Of a stretch of DNA of 64,000 bases, positions 1 through 11,551 are shown one piece after another. The notes below the pieces were generated by a model that was not told the origin of the DNA, did no database searches, and worked only from the letters and a program-made list of their open reading frames with translations. The DNA is taken from assembly GCA_965240325.2 (NCBI GenBank), contig OZ251223.1, positions 62,001 to 126,000 of the forward strand, written 5' to 3'. Position 1 is the first letter of the stretch. Each line of letters starts with the position of its first letter. This DNA is from Rebecca billardiae RCC1528. Its lineage: Eukaryota > Protista > Haptophyta. The translations under genes were made by a program, and so were the position numbers.

Positions 1-1001
1 TGGTGACTTGGCCCACCGCGCGTAAACGGGAAAGACACCCGAGCACGTGCTTCCGAGCCACCCGAATGGCACAATGTGCCACCCATGGACACCAAACACG
101 TGCCAGAGCGCGAGCCTTGCGTGCTGGAGTAGCCGCACGACACCAAGGAAGACGTATGAGCGCTCTCAACCATCTTCAAGCGACGACTCCGTCGACTCTG
201 CCTCGCAGACCGCGGTACGATCCTCGACCTTGTGCTCGCAGCAAAGGCCATGACGGTAAAGCAGCACCCAGGCGATGGGAGTCAGCCGGCAGCCACTACA
301 CTGCGACTGTACACACCCAGCCCCGCAAGGCGAGCCATCCTGCTCGCCACCAGCCCGTCATACAGCTCCACGAGGAGCACAAATCGACAGCCGCCGCTCA
401 GGACGACCCATGCGCGAACGTGACGGGACTGGCCGGATGAAGCGTTGGCGATGCGCAGCGCGCCCAACGCTGGTGGTGGCATCGAATACATGCTAGGGGT
501 AGGCTTAGGCCGACACGAGCGGTCACGTGGCCCGCATCTGGCCCAAACTGGCCCGTCTCGAAGGCGCGGCGCAACCCAGCAGCTGAGCGTTCGACGCGCG
601 CCGTCAGGCGAGAAGTTGACCTGGCGACGGACCGCGGGCGGCGGAAGCAACGCAGACATGTCGCTCAAGGTGTGCACGCACACCGCCGGGGCACCCGAAC
701 GATGCGTCCAGCACTACACCCGACATGAGGCGGCGCAGTCGTCCAGTCGAGGCTCTCGAGCCCCTTCCCGACCTTCGTCGCGGCGAGCCGTCGGACGGGC
801 GGGACGGCCGGTGGCGATTTTTGACGAGCGCGACGAGCGACGAGAAAAATCGGGAGAAATCAGGCGCCCAAAATCCGAAAAGGCTTTTTCACTGGCGAAA
901 ATCGGGATGGACCAGGCTATCAGACAAAGATCTTTTTGAAACGTGGTTAGGGCCCACGGAGCGGGCTCCACGCTGCGCGTTCCGCCCTGCACCGCGGGCC
1001 A
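1..1001 (-). mobile_element. 5' part of a Helentron/Helitron2-like non-autonomous element (family H); the other end is not seen and probably lies left of the window
   Basis: 926-1001 is the near-exact reverse complement of the roughly 75-bp 5' terminus TGGCCCGCGGTGCAGGGCGGAGCGCGCAGCGTGGAGCCCG...AACCACGTTTCAAAAAGATCTTT at 50200 and 51831. It abuts an AT-rich island (1002-1070), as the other copies do. Confidence 0.65.
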
Positions 1002-1458
1002 TTAATATATATTTTAAACATATATTATTAATATCAACATATATATTAATATATGTATTAATATATAAATAGCTAGTTGCGCATCAATACCGCGGACTCG
1101 CGGCGACTCGAGCCTTCGGACGACCGACACTGAAAGTGAGTTCGGACCGGCAACCATCGGCATGTGACTCAGGCGCTGCGCCGCGAGCGGCGAGGCGGGC
1201 CCTGGCAGGGCCTTCATGCCAGGCCTCGCAGGCGGATGACGGCTGAATGACGAAGTAGTATTTTCCGACGCGGCGCGCGACCATCGGCGACTTAATCATC
1301 ATGGGCGGAGACCAACAGTCGGCGGGCGTCACTTCTGCTTCATCTTGCCTCGGCCTGAGTCAGCCTGATTTAGTGTGCGCCTGGCTTATTCATAGTGACG
1401 ACGAATAGTGTAATCTCGCCTGCCTTGTATTCTTCCGGTAAATCGTAACTAGACGTAG

Positions 1459-1632
1459 TCGCGCTCCAGCAGCTCAAGGCCGCGCTCAAGCTTTACGATC
1501 GCGGTGCAGCAGGCTATGCTCTGCCACCGCCAACGCCGACTTCGTGTCGACGATCGGGCACTGCCGCCGACGAATCACGAATCAGGTGACCCGCGTCGTC
1601 CCGCCACCTGTGTCGTGCAATCATAGAATGAG
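1459..1632 (+). repeat. Decayed dispersed repeat, also at 33719-33948 and weakly at about 10820-10895
   Basis: Shared blocks CGCGCTCCAGCAGCTCAAGGCCGCGCTCA, CGATCGCGGTGCAG, ACGCCGACTTCGTGTC and AATCATA(TA)GAATGAGT occur in the same order. Confidence 0.7.
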
Positions 1633-2358
1633 TACTATATGGTGGATACGGGCTAACTGGACACAGGGGTTACTCTGGATGGACACTCAGCGGGCTGCAG
1701 CCTCGTGGCGAGGGCTCGTGGGTGAACGAGCACGAGCGCCCACTGGCACCGTGGCGGGTCGCCACCACCGCGGGACGGCGCACGATGAGCCTCGCTCGGA
1801 ACTCACCGACACCTGGTCGTCGTGGCAGACGTCGTCGGCGCACGCGCCAGGTCGCGCCTCTCGCCGCTGACTAGCGCCTTGTTTCGTAAGTTCCGCGCAC
1901 AAGGCCGAACGCCAGCGTTTCAAGCCGAGACTCGTGCGCGGACTCAGGAAGGGCGGACTCCGAGGCAAGGCGCGGTTGCGCTGGCGGGTAGGTCCCGATA
2001 TCATCTCGTCATATTATGAAATACTACGCAGCGCAGTCGTAATTATGATTATGATAAAGTTATTTTATATTATTACCGAGCCGTCGATACCGGCCTGGTA
2101 TTCATCATAGGGTTCTACGAAAGGTCTTTGAATGAGCCGTACGAGCAAATCCAAATGGCATCCTCACCGAAAGTGTTCATAATTCATGAACCCCCCCATT
2201 AATTAGGGTTCTACTCAGTTGGCGGGCGTCAATCTCGCCTGCCTTGCGTCTCTTATTCTTAGTAAACTGTATATCATGAATACCTGCGCAGTACGTGCCG
2301 TGTGCAGGAACGAGGACCGCGCGCCGCCGCGCCCCGACGCCCTGCCCTGTGGCGAATA

Positions 2359-3912
2359 ATGGCGACCAGCCATGCGCGGTGCCACGCGTGGGCAGCCATC
2401 GCGTGTGCGTTCGTCCTTGCTGCCGGCTCGATCGGAATCGTTGACGGCTGGGGTGTCATCTATCCAGCCATCCTCGCGGAGGTTCGCGCCGCTGCCGGCG
2501 ACACGCACGGGCACGAGGCGGCCGTCTCGGGTGCGTACGCGGTCCACCTCTTCTTCCACGACGCGGCCGGGTTGGCGCTGGCTCCGTTCATGTCGAGGTA
2601 CGGCGCGGTGCCCGTCATGGCGCTGGGCGTCCTGCTGACGTGCGCGGGCTACTGCTGGATGGCGCTGTCCATGTCGATCGTCGAGCTGTACTTGTCCTTC
2701 GGCGTGCTGGTCGGCTCAGGCGTGTGCGCTATGTACTCGAGCCTGTACACGCTCCCACCGGAGCTGTCGGGGGTGGGCGCGCTCCAGGGGCTGGCCACGG
2801 GGATCGTGACGATGGGCACCCCGGCCGGCCAGGGAATCACGACTCTGGCGTACGCCCACGCGCTCGCCGTCGGCGTGCGCTGGCGCACGCCAGTGCTGTG
2901 GACGGCGGCTGCCCTTCTTCTGATCGGTCTGGTGACGGTGCCCTGCCTGGCACGCCTGGCGCCGCACACGTTCAAGCGCTCTCGCGTATTCGCCGACCTG
3001 AGCATGGCGCATGGCTGGTGTGCGAGATCCTCCGCCGAGCTTGGCGGCGCAGCCGCTGCTGCGTCAACCGACGAGCGCGGCCTGTCTGCGCTGGTCGGCG
3101 GTGCCGCCTGCGATCTCAGCGCCGGCCAGCGGACCCCGCGCGTGCTGGACCTCCTGCGCTCCAGGACTGGGGCAAGGATGGCCGTCGGCTTCACGCTTGC
3201 CTCGGCGTGCTACTACAACGTGCTCAACTTTATCTTCAGCCAGGCCGCGATGTACGGCCTCGACCAGAGTGCCATGTTCATGTCGGCCCTGTGCCTCGTG
3301 CTCGTGCTGACCAACGTGCTCGGCCGCTCGCTCGTGTCGCACCTGCTGGTCGACCGGTGCAAGCTGCAGCCGCAGGTGGCGGCTGGTGGCTGCATGGCGC
3401 TGCTGGGGCTCGGGATGAGCGTGCTGCCGGGTGTGGCCGGGCGTGTGCTGCCTCGGACCTCCATGCTTGCGTTCGCGAGCCTCTTCGGGCTGCTGGGCGG
3501 GCCGTACATGGCGCTCTACACGCTGGCAGTCCGGGAGGTCTTTGGGGAGGAGCACGCAGCCGTCACGTTCATGCAGCTGAGCGCGGTGGAGGCCCCAGGC
3601 ATGCTCCTCGCGCCGACGCTCTTTGCATCGCTGGCGGACGCGTGTGATGGGGAGTACTGGCCTGGGTGGCTGCTCACAGGGGCGTCGCAGCTGCTGGTGG
3701 TCGCGCTGGTCTCGCCGCTTCCGTCGGCCGAGCCGCATCGCCTCTGCAGCGCGGCGCAGGCGCAAGCAGATGACGACCGCGCGCGGCCGGAGGAGCCGGC
3801 CGTGAAGGCCGGCCGGCAGCAGCCGTTGCCGGCAGATGCAGACCCGCCGCCTGCGGATCGCGAGCCAACACGGCGACCTGACGACAATGCATCTGCTGCT
3901 GGTGCCGAGTAG
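2359..3912 (+). CDS. MFS transporter (monocarboxylate/OFA-like), about 518 aa, apparently intronless
   Basis: About 12 hydrophobic helices in two halves separated by a long loop. MCT-like segments include SIVELYLSFGVLVGSG, GLATGIVTMGT and FASLFGLLGGPYMALYTLAVREVFG. First ATG is at 2359. Confidence 0.85.
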   Translation: MATSHARCHAWAAIACAFVLAAGSIGIVDGWGVIYPAILAEVRAAAGDTHGHEAAVSGAYAVHLFFHDAAGLALAPFMSRYGAVPVMALGVLLTCAGYCWMALSMSIVELYLSFGVLVGSGVCAMYSSLYTLPPELSGVGALQGLATGIVTMGTPAGQGITTLAYAHALAVGVRWRTPVLWTAAALLLIGLVTVPCLARLAPHTFKRSRVFADLSMAHGWCARSSAELGGAAAAASTDERGLSALVGGAACDLSAGQRTPRVLDLLRSRTGARMAVGFTLASACYYNVLNFIFSQAAMYGLDQSAMFMSALCLVLVLTNVLGRSLVSHLLVDRCKLQPQVAAGGCMALLGLGMSVLPGVAGRVLPRTSMLAFASLFGLLGGPYMALYTLAVREVFGEEHAAVTFMQLSAVEAPGMLLAPTLFASLADACDGEYWPGWLLTGASQLLVVALVSPLPSAEPHRLCSAAQAQADDDRARPEEPAVKAGRQQPLPADADPPPADREPTRRPDDNASAAGAE

Positions 3913-5510
3913 CTACGGTGGCGCGTCGCGAGGCGATGATGAGACAGGTAGTGTGATAATGCTGGTCGGCCAACTGGACTACCGTGCCTGCGCAGCAGAC
4001 TACACTCGCTATAAGTTGAATATATATATATATATCATCAAATAATCAAATATCGTCAATAAAATAATAATATAAATAATGATCGCGCGGACCGGCTGGA
4101 CGTCTCACGCGGAGGCCGCTCCCGAGAGCATCGGGGTCGACGGGGCGCCAGGGATGGACTTCAGGAGGGTGCGCGCACTTAGGAGGGGCGGGTTGGCTCG
4201 GACACGATAACTATCATACAGTACGCTTTCAGCACCAAGCATGTCAGGCGCGCGTGTGCATTGGCGGCAATGGGAATGGCGGGCCACTTGCCAGTGCGCT
4301 GCGCGGCAGGCGGCACTGGCCGAGGCTATGCGAGGCGCGCGAAGCTGAGCGGCGTGGCGCTCGGCCAGCTGCGGAACGGTGTAGAGCCCTGCTGCTCGCC
4401 ACGCCGCGACGCCGTGCTTCTCGCCCGTCGCCCCACGCCTGTCAGAGGGCGCGGAGACGTGCACGCAGCAGATGTAAGGCCAACGGGCGCGGGCGCGCGC
4501 TCGACGCACGTCGGGGTCGATGACGCGATGGCCATCGCAGGGACGGCCACGGGGCGGGGGGGCGACCTGCCGCCGCTGCCTGGACTGGTGCACTGGCCCA
4601 CGCGGTCACTGCACCCGCCCCCTGTTCACGGTTGTGCACAGAACTCAGAAGCTGCGGACTGTCGACTTGGCCGGCCGATCGCCCGCGGATCGGCACTGCC
4701 GACACATCGGTTACGAGGATGGAGACTAGACCTTAGCTAGCAGACAAGAATAACTACTTTCTGAGTCTAGCTGGAAGTGATACTCCCGCAGCAAGTGCTG
4801 GCCAGTGAATAATAATGCGCGCGGACCGGGCGCGGGCGCGGAGGGCCGCATATGGACCCTGACGGGCCGGCGCGGGCCCGGCCGCGCGGCCGGCTGCGCC
4901 ACTTGCCGGGCCGGACAGGCAGCGCGTTACGGTCGGCGGCTCCGGCGCGGGTGACCCCCGGGGCTGCCGCTATGCATCTCTACAGCGAGAAGCGGACGTG
5001 TGTGCATACGGCCTATGTCAAGCTCGCGTGCTCAGGCTCGAGGCGGTGCGGCGCGCGACTAGGATCGCATAGTCGCGGCCCCGTGTCACGGTTTCAACCA
5101 CGTTGTCAAGCACTTCGCACGCCAAGCGCGTGCTCTGCGGGTCATCGTAAAAGCCCTGCCCAAGTAGGCTGCCACGCCACGCGATGAGCTTCACACGCGC
5201 CTCGGCGGTGAAAGCGGAAACCTGCGAACGCGCCGCCATGGACCAGAAAATCGATGAACGTTCTGCCCCCCTTTGATTTCTTTGGCTGCTTGACGAAGGC
5301 GAAAAAAATTCAGATTGTGCGGGCCGGGCCGCGCGCCCGGCTTCGTCCAGGAGCTTGGACGCGACCTCGAAACCGCTGACGGCCAAGCTTTGCCGCGCGC
5401 CGCAGCCTCTTCTCACAAGCGGCTGCAACAGCTTTCCGGTCGGACTGGGTCGCGACGTGTTCGATCTCGTGCAGCCGTCCAGAGGCCACCCTCGCCGGCG
5501 AGACCTCGCG

Positions 5511-8500
5511 ATGCGTCGCGGCGCGCTACTCGCGCTGCTTGCGGGCGCGGGCGTCGCCTACGCTCGGAAAGACTCGCCTTCGGACCCTTCGTCCGCCTCG
5601 GGCTCCTCGTCCTCGTGGAGCCACTTCCTGCCCGCCTCGATCGGCGATGCTGGCTTTGTGCCCGACAGCAAGTCGGGCGGTACGCCAGGCGGCATGCCAG
5701 GCGGCGCAAGCGGCGGCAAGAGCGACAGTCCCGGTGGGATTGGCGGGGCAGACCAAGCCTCAAGCTTCATGCCCGCGGGCATCGCTGACTTCATCCCGGG
5801 CGGTGCTGGCTCGTCGGATGGCGCTGGCGGCCCGGCGTCTGACTTCATGCCGGCCGGCGCCTCCAAGCCAAGCGCGCGCGCGAGCGACAACGGCATGTCG
5901 CTCCTGACAAGCCATGCGTCCTCGAGCTTGAAGCACACCTCGAGCGCCAAGGAAGATACCTCCGCGCCTGCGGAGGCTTCTGCCGCGCCCGGCGGCTCGC
6001 CGCCTGGCAGCGGCGGCGGCGGCGACCAGGCATCCCAATACATGCCGAAGGGCATGGGCGACTTCGTGCCCGGCGGCGGCGGCGCCTCCATGGGCGGCGG
6101 CCCGCCTGGTGGCGGCGGTGACCAGGCGTCGCAGTTCATGCCGAAGGGCATGGGCGATTTCATGCCAGGCGGCGGCAGCAGCGGCGGCCCCGGTGGCGGC
6201 AGCAGCGGCGGCCCTGGCGGTGACTTTATGCCCGGCGGCGGCAGCAGCGGCGGCGGCTCACCGATGGGCGGCGGCCCGCCCGGCGGCGCTGGCGGCGGCG
6301 ACCAGGCCTCGCAGTACATGCCCAAGGGCATGGGCAGCTTCATGCCCGGCGGCGGCAGCAGCGGCGGCCCCGGTGGCGGCAGCAGCGGCGGCCCTGGCGG
6401 TGACTTTATGCCCGGCGGCGGCAGCAGCGGCGGCGGCTCGCCGATGGGCGGCGGCCCGCCCGGCGGCGGCGGCGACCAGGCCTCGCAGTACATGCCCAAG
6501 GGCATGGGCAGCTTCATGCCCGGCGGCGGCAGCAGCGGCGGCCCCGGTGGCGGCAGCAGCGGCGGCCCCGGCGGTGACTTTATGCCCGGCGGCGGCAGCA
6601 GCGGCGGCGGCTCGCCGATGGGCGGCGGCCCGCCCGGCGGCGGTGGCGGCGGCGACCAGGCCTCGCAGTTCATGCCCAAGGGCATGGGCAGCTTCATGCC
6701 CGGCGGCGGCAGCGGCAGCCCGGGCGGCAGCTTCATGCCCGGCGGCGGCGGCGATGATTCCGCGGACGCCGATGCCGAGGCGGCTCCCGCGCCCAGCCCG
6801 ACGCCAGACCCAGCGGAGGCGGAGCTCGACTCGGCGTTTAAGCGGCTGACCAGCTCGCAGGACGGCGAGGAGAGCGAGCAGGGCAAGGCGAGCCAGGAGC
6901 ACGCGGAGAAGAAGACGAAGGCGAAGAAGGGCGGCGGCGCAGCCGTCTCGGAAGAGGAGGCGGAGGAGGAGGAGCCGGCTAGCAGCAGCGCTGCCAAGGG
7001 CGAGAAGGAGGAGCAGGAGGAGCCCCCAGCTGGCAGCGGGCAGGAGCAACCCTCAGCGTCGGGCGAGGAGTCGGAGGAGGAGAAGCCGGCCGCCAAGGAC
7101 GCGCACCAGAGCGGCGGCTCCACAGGCGGCCCGCCTGGTGGCGGCGGCGACCAGGCCTCGCAGTACATGCCGAAGGGCATGGGCGATTTCATGCCAGGCG
7201 GCGGCAGCAGCGGCGGCCCCGGTGGCGGCAGCAGCGGCGGCCCCGGCGGTGACTTTATGCCCGGCGGCGGCAGCAGCGGCGGCGGCTCGCCGATGGGCGG
7301 CGGCCCGCCCGGCGGCGGTGGCGGCGGCGACCAGGCCTCGCAGTACATGCCCAAGGGCATGGGCAGCTTCATGCCCGGCGGTGGCAGCAGCGGCGGCCCC
7401 GGTGGCGGCAGCAGCGGCGGCCCCGGCGGTGACTTTATGCCCGGCGGCGGCAGCAGCGGCGGCGGCTCGCCGATGGGCGGCGGCCCGCCCGGCGGCGGCG
7501 GCGGCGGCGACCAGGCCTCGCAGTACATGCCCAAGGGCATGGGCAGCTTCATGCCCGGCGGTGGCAGCAGCGGCGGCCCCGGTGGCGGCAGCAGCGGCGG
7601 CCCCGGCGGTGACTTTATGCCTGGCGGCGGCAGCAGCGGCGGCCCGCCTGGCGGCGGCGGCGGCGACCAGGCCTCGCAGTTCATGCCGAAGGGCATGGGC
7701 AGCTTCATGCCCGGCGGCGGCAGCGGCAGCCCGGGCGGCAGCTTCATGCCCGGTGGCGGCGGCGATGATTCCGCGGACGCCGATGCCGAGGCGGCCCCCG
7801 CGCCCAGCCCGACGCCAGACCCAGAGGAGGCGGAGCTCGACTCGGCGTTTAAGCGGCTGACCAGCTCGCAGGACGGCGAGGAGAGCGAGCAGGGCAAGGC
7901 GAGCCAGGAGCACGCGGAGAAGAAGAAGAAGGCGAAGAAGGGCGGCGGCGCAGCCGTCTCGGAAGAGGAGGCGGAGGAGGAGGAGCCGGCTAGCAGCAGC
8001 GCTGCCAAGGGCGAGAAGGAGGAGCAGGAGGAGCCCCCAGCTGGCAGCGGGCAGGAGCAACCCTCAGCGTCGGGCGAGGAGTCGGAGGAGGAGAAGCCGG
8101 CCGCCAAGGACGCGCACCAGAGCGGCGGCTCCACAGGCGGCCCGCCTGGTGGCGGCGGCGACCAGGCCTCGCAGTACATGCCCAAGGGCATGGGCGATTT
8201 CATGCCCGGCGGCGGCAGCAGCGGCGGCCCCGGCGGCGGCAGCAGCGGCGGCCCCGGCGGTGACTTTATGCCCGGCGGCGGCAGCAGCGGCGGCGGCCCG
8301 CCTGGCGGCGGCGGCGGCGACCAGGCCTCGCAGTTCATGCCGAAGGGCATGGGCGATTTCATGCCAGGCGGCGGCAGCAGCGGCGGCCCCGGTGGCGGCA
8401 GCAGCGGCGGCCCCGGCGGTGACTTTATGCCCGGCGGCGGCAGCAGCGGCGGCGGCTCGCCGATGGGCGGCGGCCCGCCCGGCGGCGGTGGCGGCGGCGA

Positions 8501-10653
8501 CCAGGCCTCGCAGTACATGCCCAAGGGCATGGGCAGCTTCATGCCCGGCGGTGGCAGCAGCGGCGGCCCCGGTGGCGGCAGCAGCGGCGGCCCCGGCGGT
8601 GACTTTATGCCCGGCGGCGGCAGCAGCGGCGGCGGCTCGCCGATGGGCGGCGGCCCGCCCGGCGGCGGTGGCGGCGGCGACCAGGCCTCGCAGTACATGC
8701 CCAAGGGCATGGGCAGCTTCATGCCCGGCGGTGGCAGCAGCGGCGGCCCCGGTGGCGGCAGCAGCGGCGGCCCCGGCGGTGACTTTATGCCCGGCGGCGG
8801 CAGCAGCGGCGGCCCGCCTGGCGGCGGCGGCGGCGACCAGGCCTCGCAGTTCATGCCCAAGGGCATGGGCGACTTCATGCCCGGCGGCGGCAGCGGCAGC
8901 CCGGGCGGCAGCTTCATGCCCGGTGGCGGCGGCGATGATTCCGCGGACGCCGATGCCGAGGCGGCCCCCGCGCCCAGCCCGACGCCAGACCCAGAGGAGG
9001 CGGAGCTCGACTCGGAGTTCAAGCGGCTGGCGCATGGCGGCGGCGGCGGCGGCGACGGCGGCGCCGAGCCCGCGGCGGGCTGCCACTGCGCGTCGTGCTG
9101 CGGCCCCGACGGTGCGCCGCACAAGGCCCATCACCACCCGCAGCAGCCACCGCCGGCGCTCGCGCAGTTCGCCGCGCTGGGCGCAGGTGCGGCCGGCGCG
9201 CGCGGCGGCGCGGCGGCTCACGAGGCGAGCCACGCGGTGGCGCGCGCGCCGGCGGTGTCGGCGGCGGCGGTGTCGGCGCCGGCGAAGGGTACAGACGCCG
9301 TCGACCTCGGCGACGGCGTGCGCCGCGCGCCCGCCAGCTCGCAGGCCTCCGGCCCGTCCGCGTACACGCCGAGCGCCGTCTCCAAGATGACGGGCGGCGG
9401 CTCCTCGCCCGCGACCAAGTTCATGCCACCCTCTGTGAACAAGATGATGCCCTACATCCCGGCGGAGATGCCGCCCAAGGGCGCGCCGCCGCTCGTGCAC
9501 GTGCTGTACCGCGGCGTGAACGTCACCCTGTCGTACGTGACGGTGAACACGTTCATCGGCGGCTTCATGGGCTCGGTCGAGATGTCGCCGTGGGTGGGCG
9601 GCGCGACCGTGCTGCTCGACTACACCGACACGGACGTGGCCGTGCAGCGGTGCGCCGCTGTGTGCTTGCTCTCGGCGCGGCGCAAGGCCTCGCTCGCGCG
9701 CGCGCGCGCCCTTCCGTGCGTGCGCTCACGCGCGCCCCGCCCCGCCCCGCCCCGCCACCAGGCTGTGGAACGGAGAGATCGTGACGGGCGCGGGCGACAC
9801 GGTCGGCCCGTTCGACCTGCTCACCGGGAAGGGCGGCCAGTTCTACATGGTGCTCGCGGCGAACACGACGGTGATGTCGACGTACGGCGCGCCGCGCGAC
9901 GCACTTTCCTTCATGGCGCACGGCACCGCGCAGCCGCCGACGATGAGCATCGTCGGCGCGGACGACGCGGGCGCCGACGCGGCCGCCACGGGCACGACCC
10001 TCGAGTTTGCGCGCTCGGAGGCGTGGGGCGAGGGCTCGATGCTCGCGACCGTGCGCGTCGAGCCGTGGGTCGACGGCGGGATCGTCGAGCTCGACCTGAG
10101 CGCCTCGCCGCGCGCCAGCCTCGCGCGCGCGTGGCGCGCTGACGTGGTCTCCGAAGGCGGCGGCGTGAGCCTGCTCAAGCTGCGCGCGCTGCGCGGCGCG
10201 CGCGCCGGCGCGGCTGCGGAGTTTGGGCTCGTGCTCAGCGGCTCGCTCGACGCGCGGCCGGGGCTTCGCTTCCTCGGCCGCGGCGCGAGCGCGCTCGTCG
10301 CGAGCGTCTTCGTGCGCACCGCCGTCGCGCGCGCCGTCGGCGCCGCGCCGCCCGCCGCGCCGCTGCCGCTGCTGCGCATGGCCGCGCCCGCCGCACCCGC
10401 CGCGGCGCGCGGCGGCGAGGGCGCGCGCGCGCGCGTCAGCCGCGCCGCGCTCGGCGGCGCGTTCGTCGCCGGCACCGTCGCCGCGCTCGTCGCCCTCGCC
10501 GCCGCGCGCCGCGTGCGCCGCGGCTCGCCCGCCCTTGCCGCCGCTGACGCCGAGGCGTACTGCGAGTACGGCAGCCAGGCTCAGTGCGGCGACGACGGGC
10601 TGCGCGCGGCAATGCTTGGCGGCGGCGGCGGCGGCGGCGGCGCGGTGGTGTAG
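5511..10653 (+). CDS. Large type-I membrane protein: signal peptide, Gly/Met/Pro/Ser repeats with acidic spacers, two CBM2-like modules, C-terminal TM; intron 9650-9761
   Basis: Signal peptide MRRGALLALLAGAGVAYA. A GTGCGC...CCACCAG intron joins the 5355 and 9781 ORF frames (VAVQR|LWNGEIVTGAG). TM segment ALGGAFVAGTVAALVALAAA is followed by RRVRR. Confidence 0.8.
6010..9030 (+). repeat. Hierarchical coding tandem repeat: roughly 180-bp units nested in roughly 1011-bp higher-order units
   Basis: The unit GGGDQASQ(Y/F)MPKGMG(S/D)FMPGGGSSGGPGGGSSGGPGGDFMPGGGSSGGGSPMGGGPP is repeated. The acidic block DDSADADAEAAPAPSPTPDP occurs three times (about 6753, 7764, 8934). Confidence 0.95.
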
Positions 10654-11551
10654 GCGGCGCGCAGCGACCCGGAGCGCGGCTGCTTTGCTGATCGCTCAAT
10701 GACGTGCCGCTGCGCTACTGCCTGTCTGCACGGCGCAGGGCTTCATGGCGAGCAGCGCTGTCCACCAATGCCGCGGCTGCTGCGCTTGCGCGAGCTCATC
10801 GTCGACGTCGTCGCGCGCACCGACGACGAATCAGGATGAGCCCCTGGCCCTGCGCCGTCCTACCTGCATACGTGCTGTCGTCAAATCATAGCAGACGAAT
10901 TATATCGCGTCATCAATCATATATCGCCGGTCAGATAGGCTTCCTTCCTTCCCAGGATAGCTGATCGTACTTAGTATCATAGGCGCACTGTGAGGGCCTG
11001 AGACTCATGCAGTGTGACTGTGAGTGTCTGAGACTGAGAGGGCGCGTGCGGCGTCCCGCCTCGCTGTCTCCCAAGCCCCCAGGGCCAGGTTGACGCGATG
11101 CTGTCACGATGGCGGCGGCGCCTTGACGCCCCAATGATTCCAGCGGCGGCCAAGCCGACCGAGCCGGCGCGAGCCGACGTCACCACTCGCAGCGTCTCTC
11201 GTCGGCCCGTCCGCGCCCGGGCGGGCCCTACCGAGCCCTCGCGCTCGCCCGTGCGCTGAGTCAGCAGTCGGACACGCGGCCGGGCCAGCTGCCCGATCAT
11301 CAGTCGTCAGTTCGAGGCCGCGCGCGCGAGGCGCGGCGCGTCAGCACGTCGCGAGCACGCGTACGACGGCAAGACCAAATCGGCCGTCATCTCGGTCGAC
11401 GGCACGCGCCTCGCCCTAACCATGCACGCCGTCATCGTCCGCCATCGTGGGGCAGCCGTTGACTTCGTTGAGAACGGCGCAGGCTGCACGCCAGCCCTAC
11501 CCACCACTCCTTGCAACGGCCGCGGCGCGCGCCGACGCGAGGGCCGCGAGC

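Noticed and set aside
1412-2260. 16-bp direct repeat AATCTCGCCTGCCTTG at about 1412 and 2231
   Set aside because: Real but too short, with no other element hallmarks between the copies.
5558-9500. Long Pro-rich and Ala-rich ORFs in other frames and on the other strand
   Set aside because: Shadow frames of the GGC-rich coding repeat.
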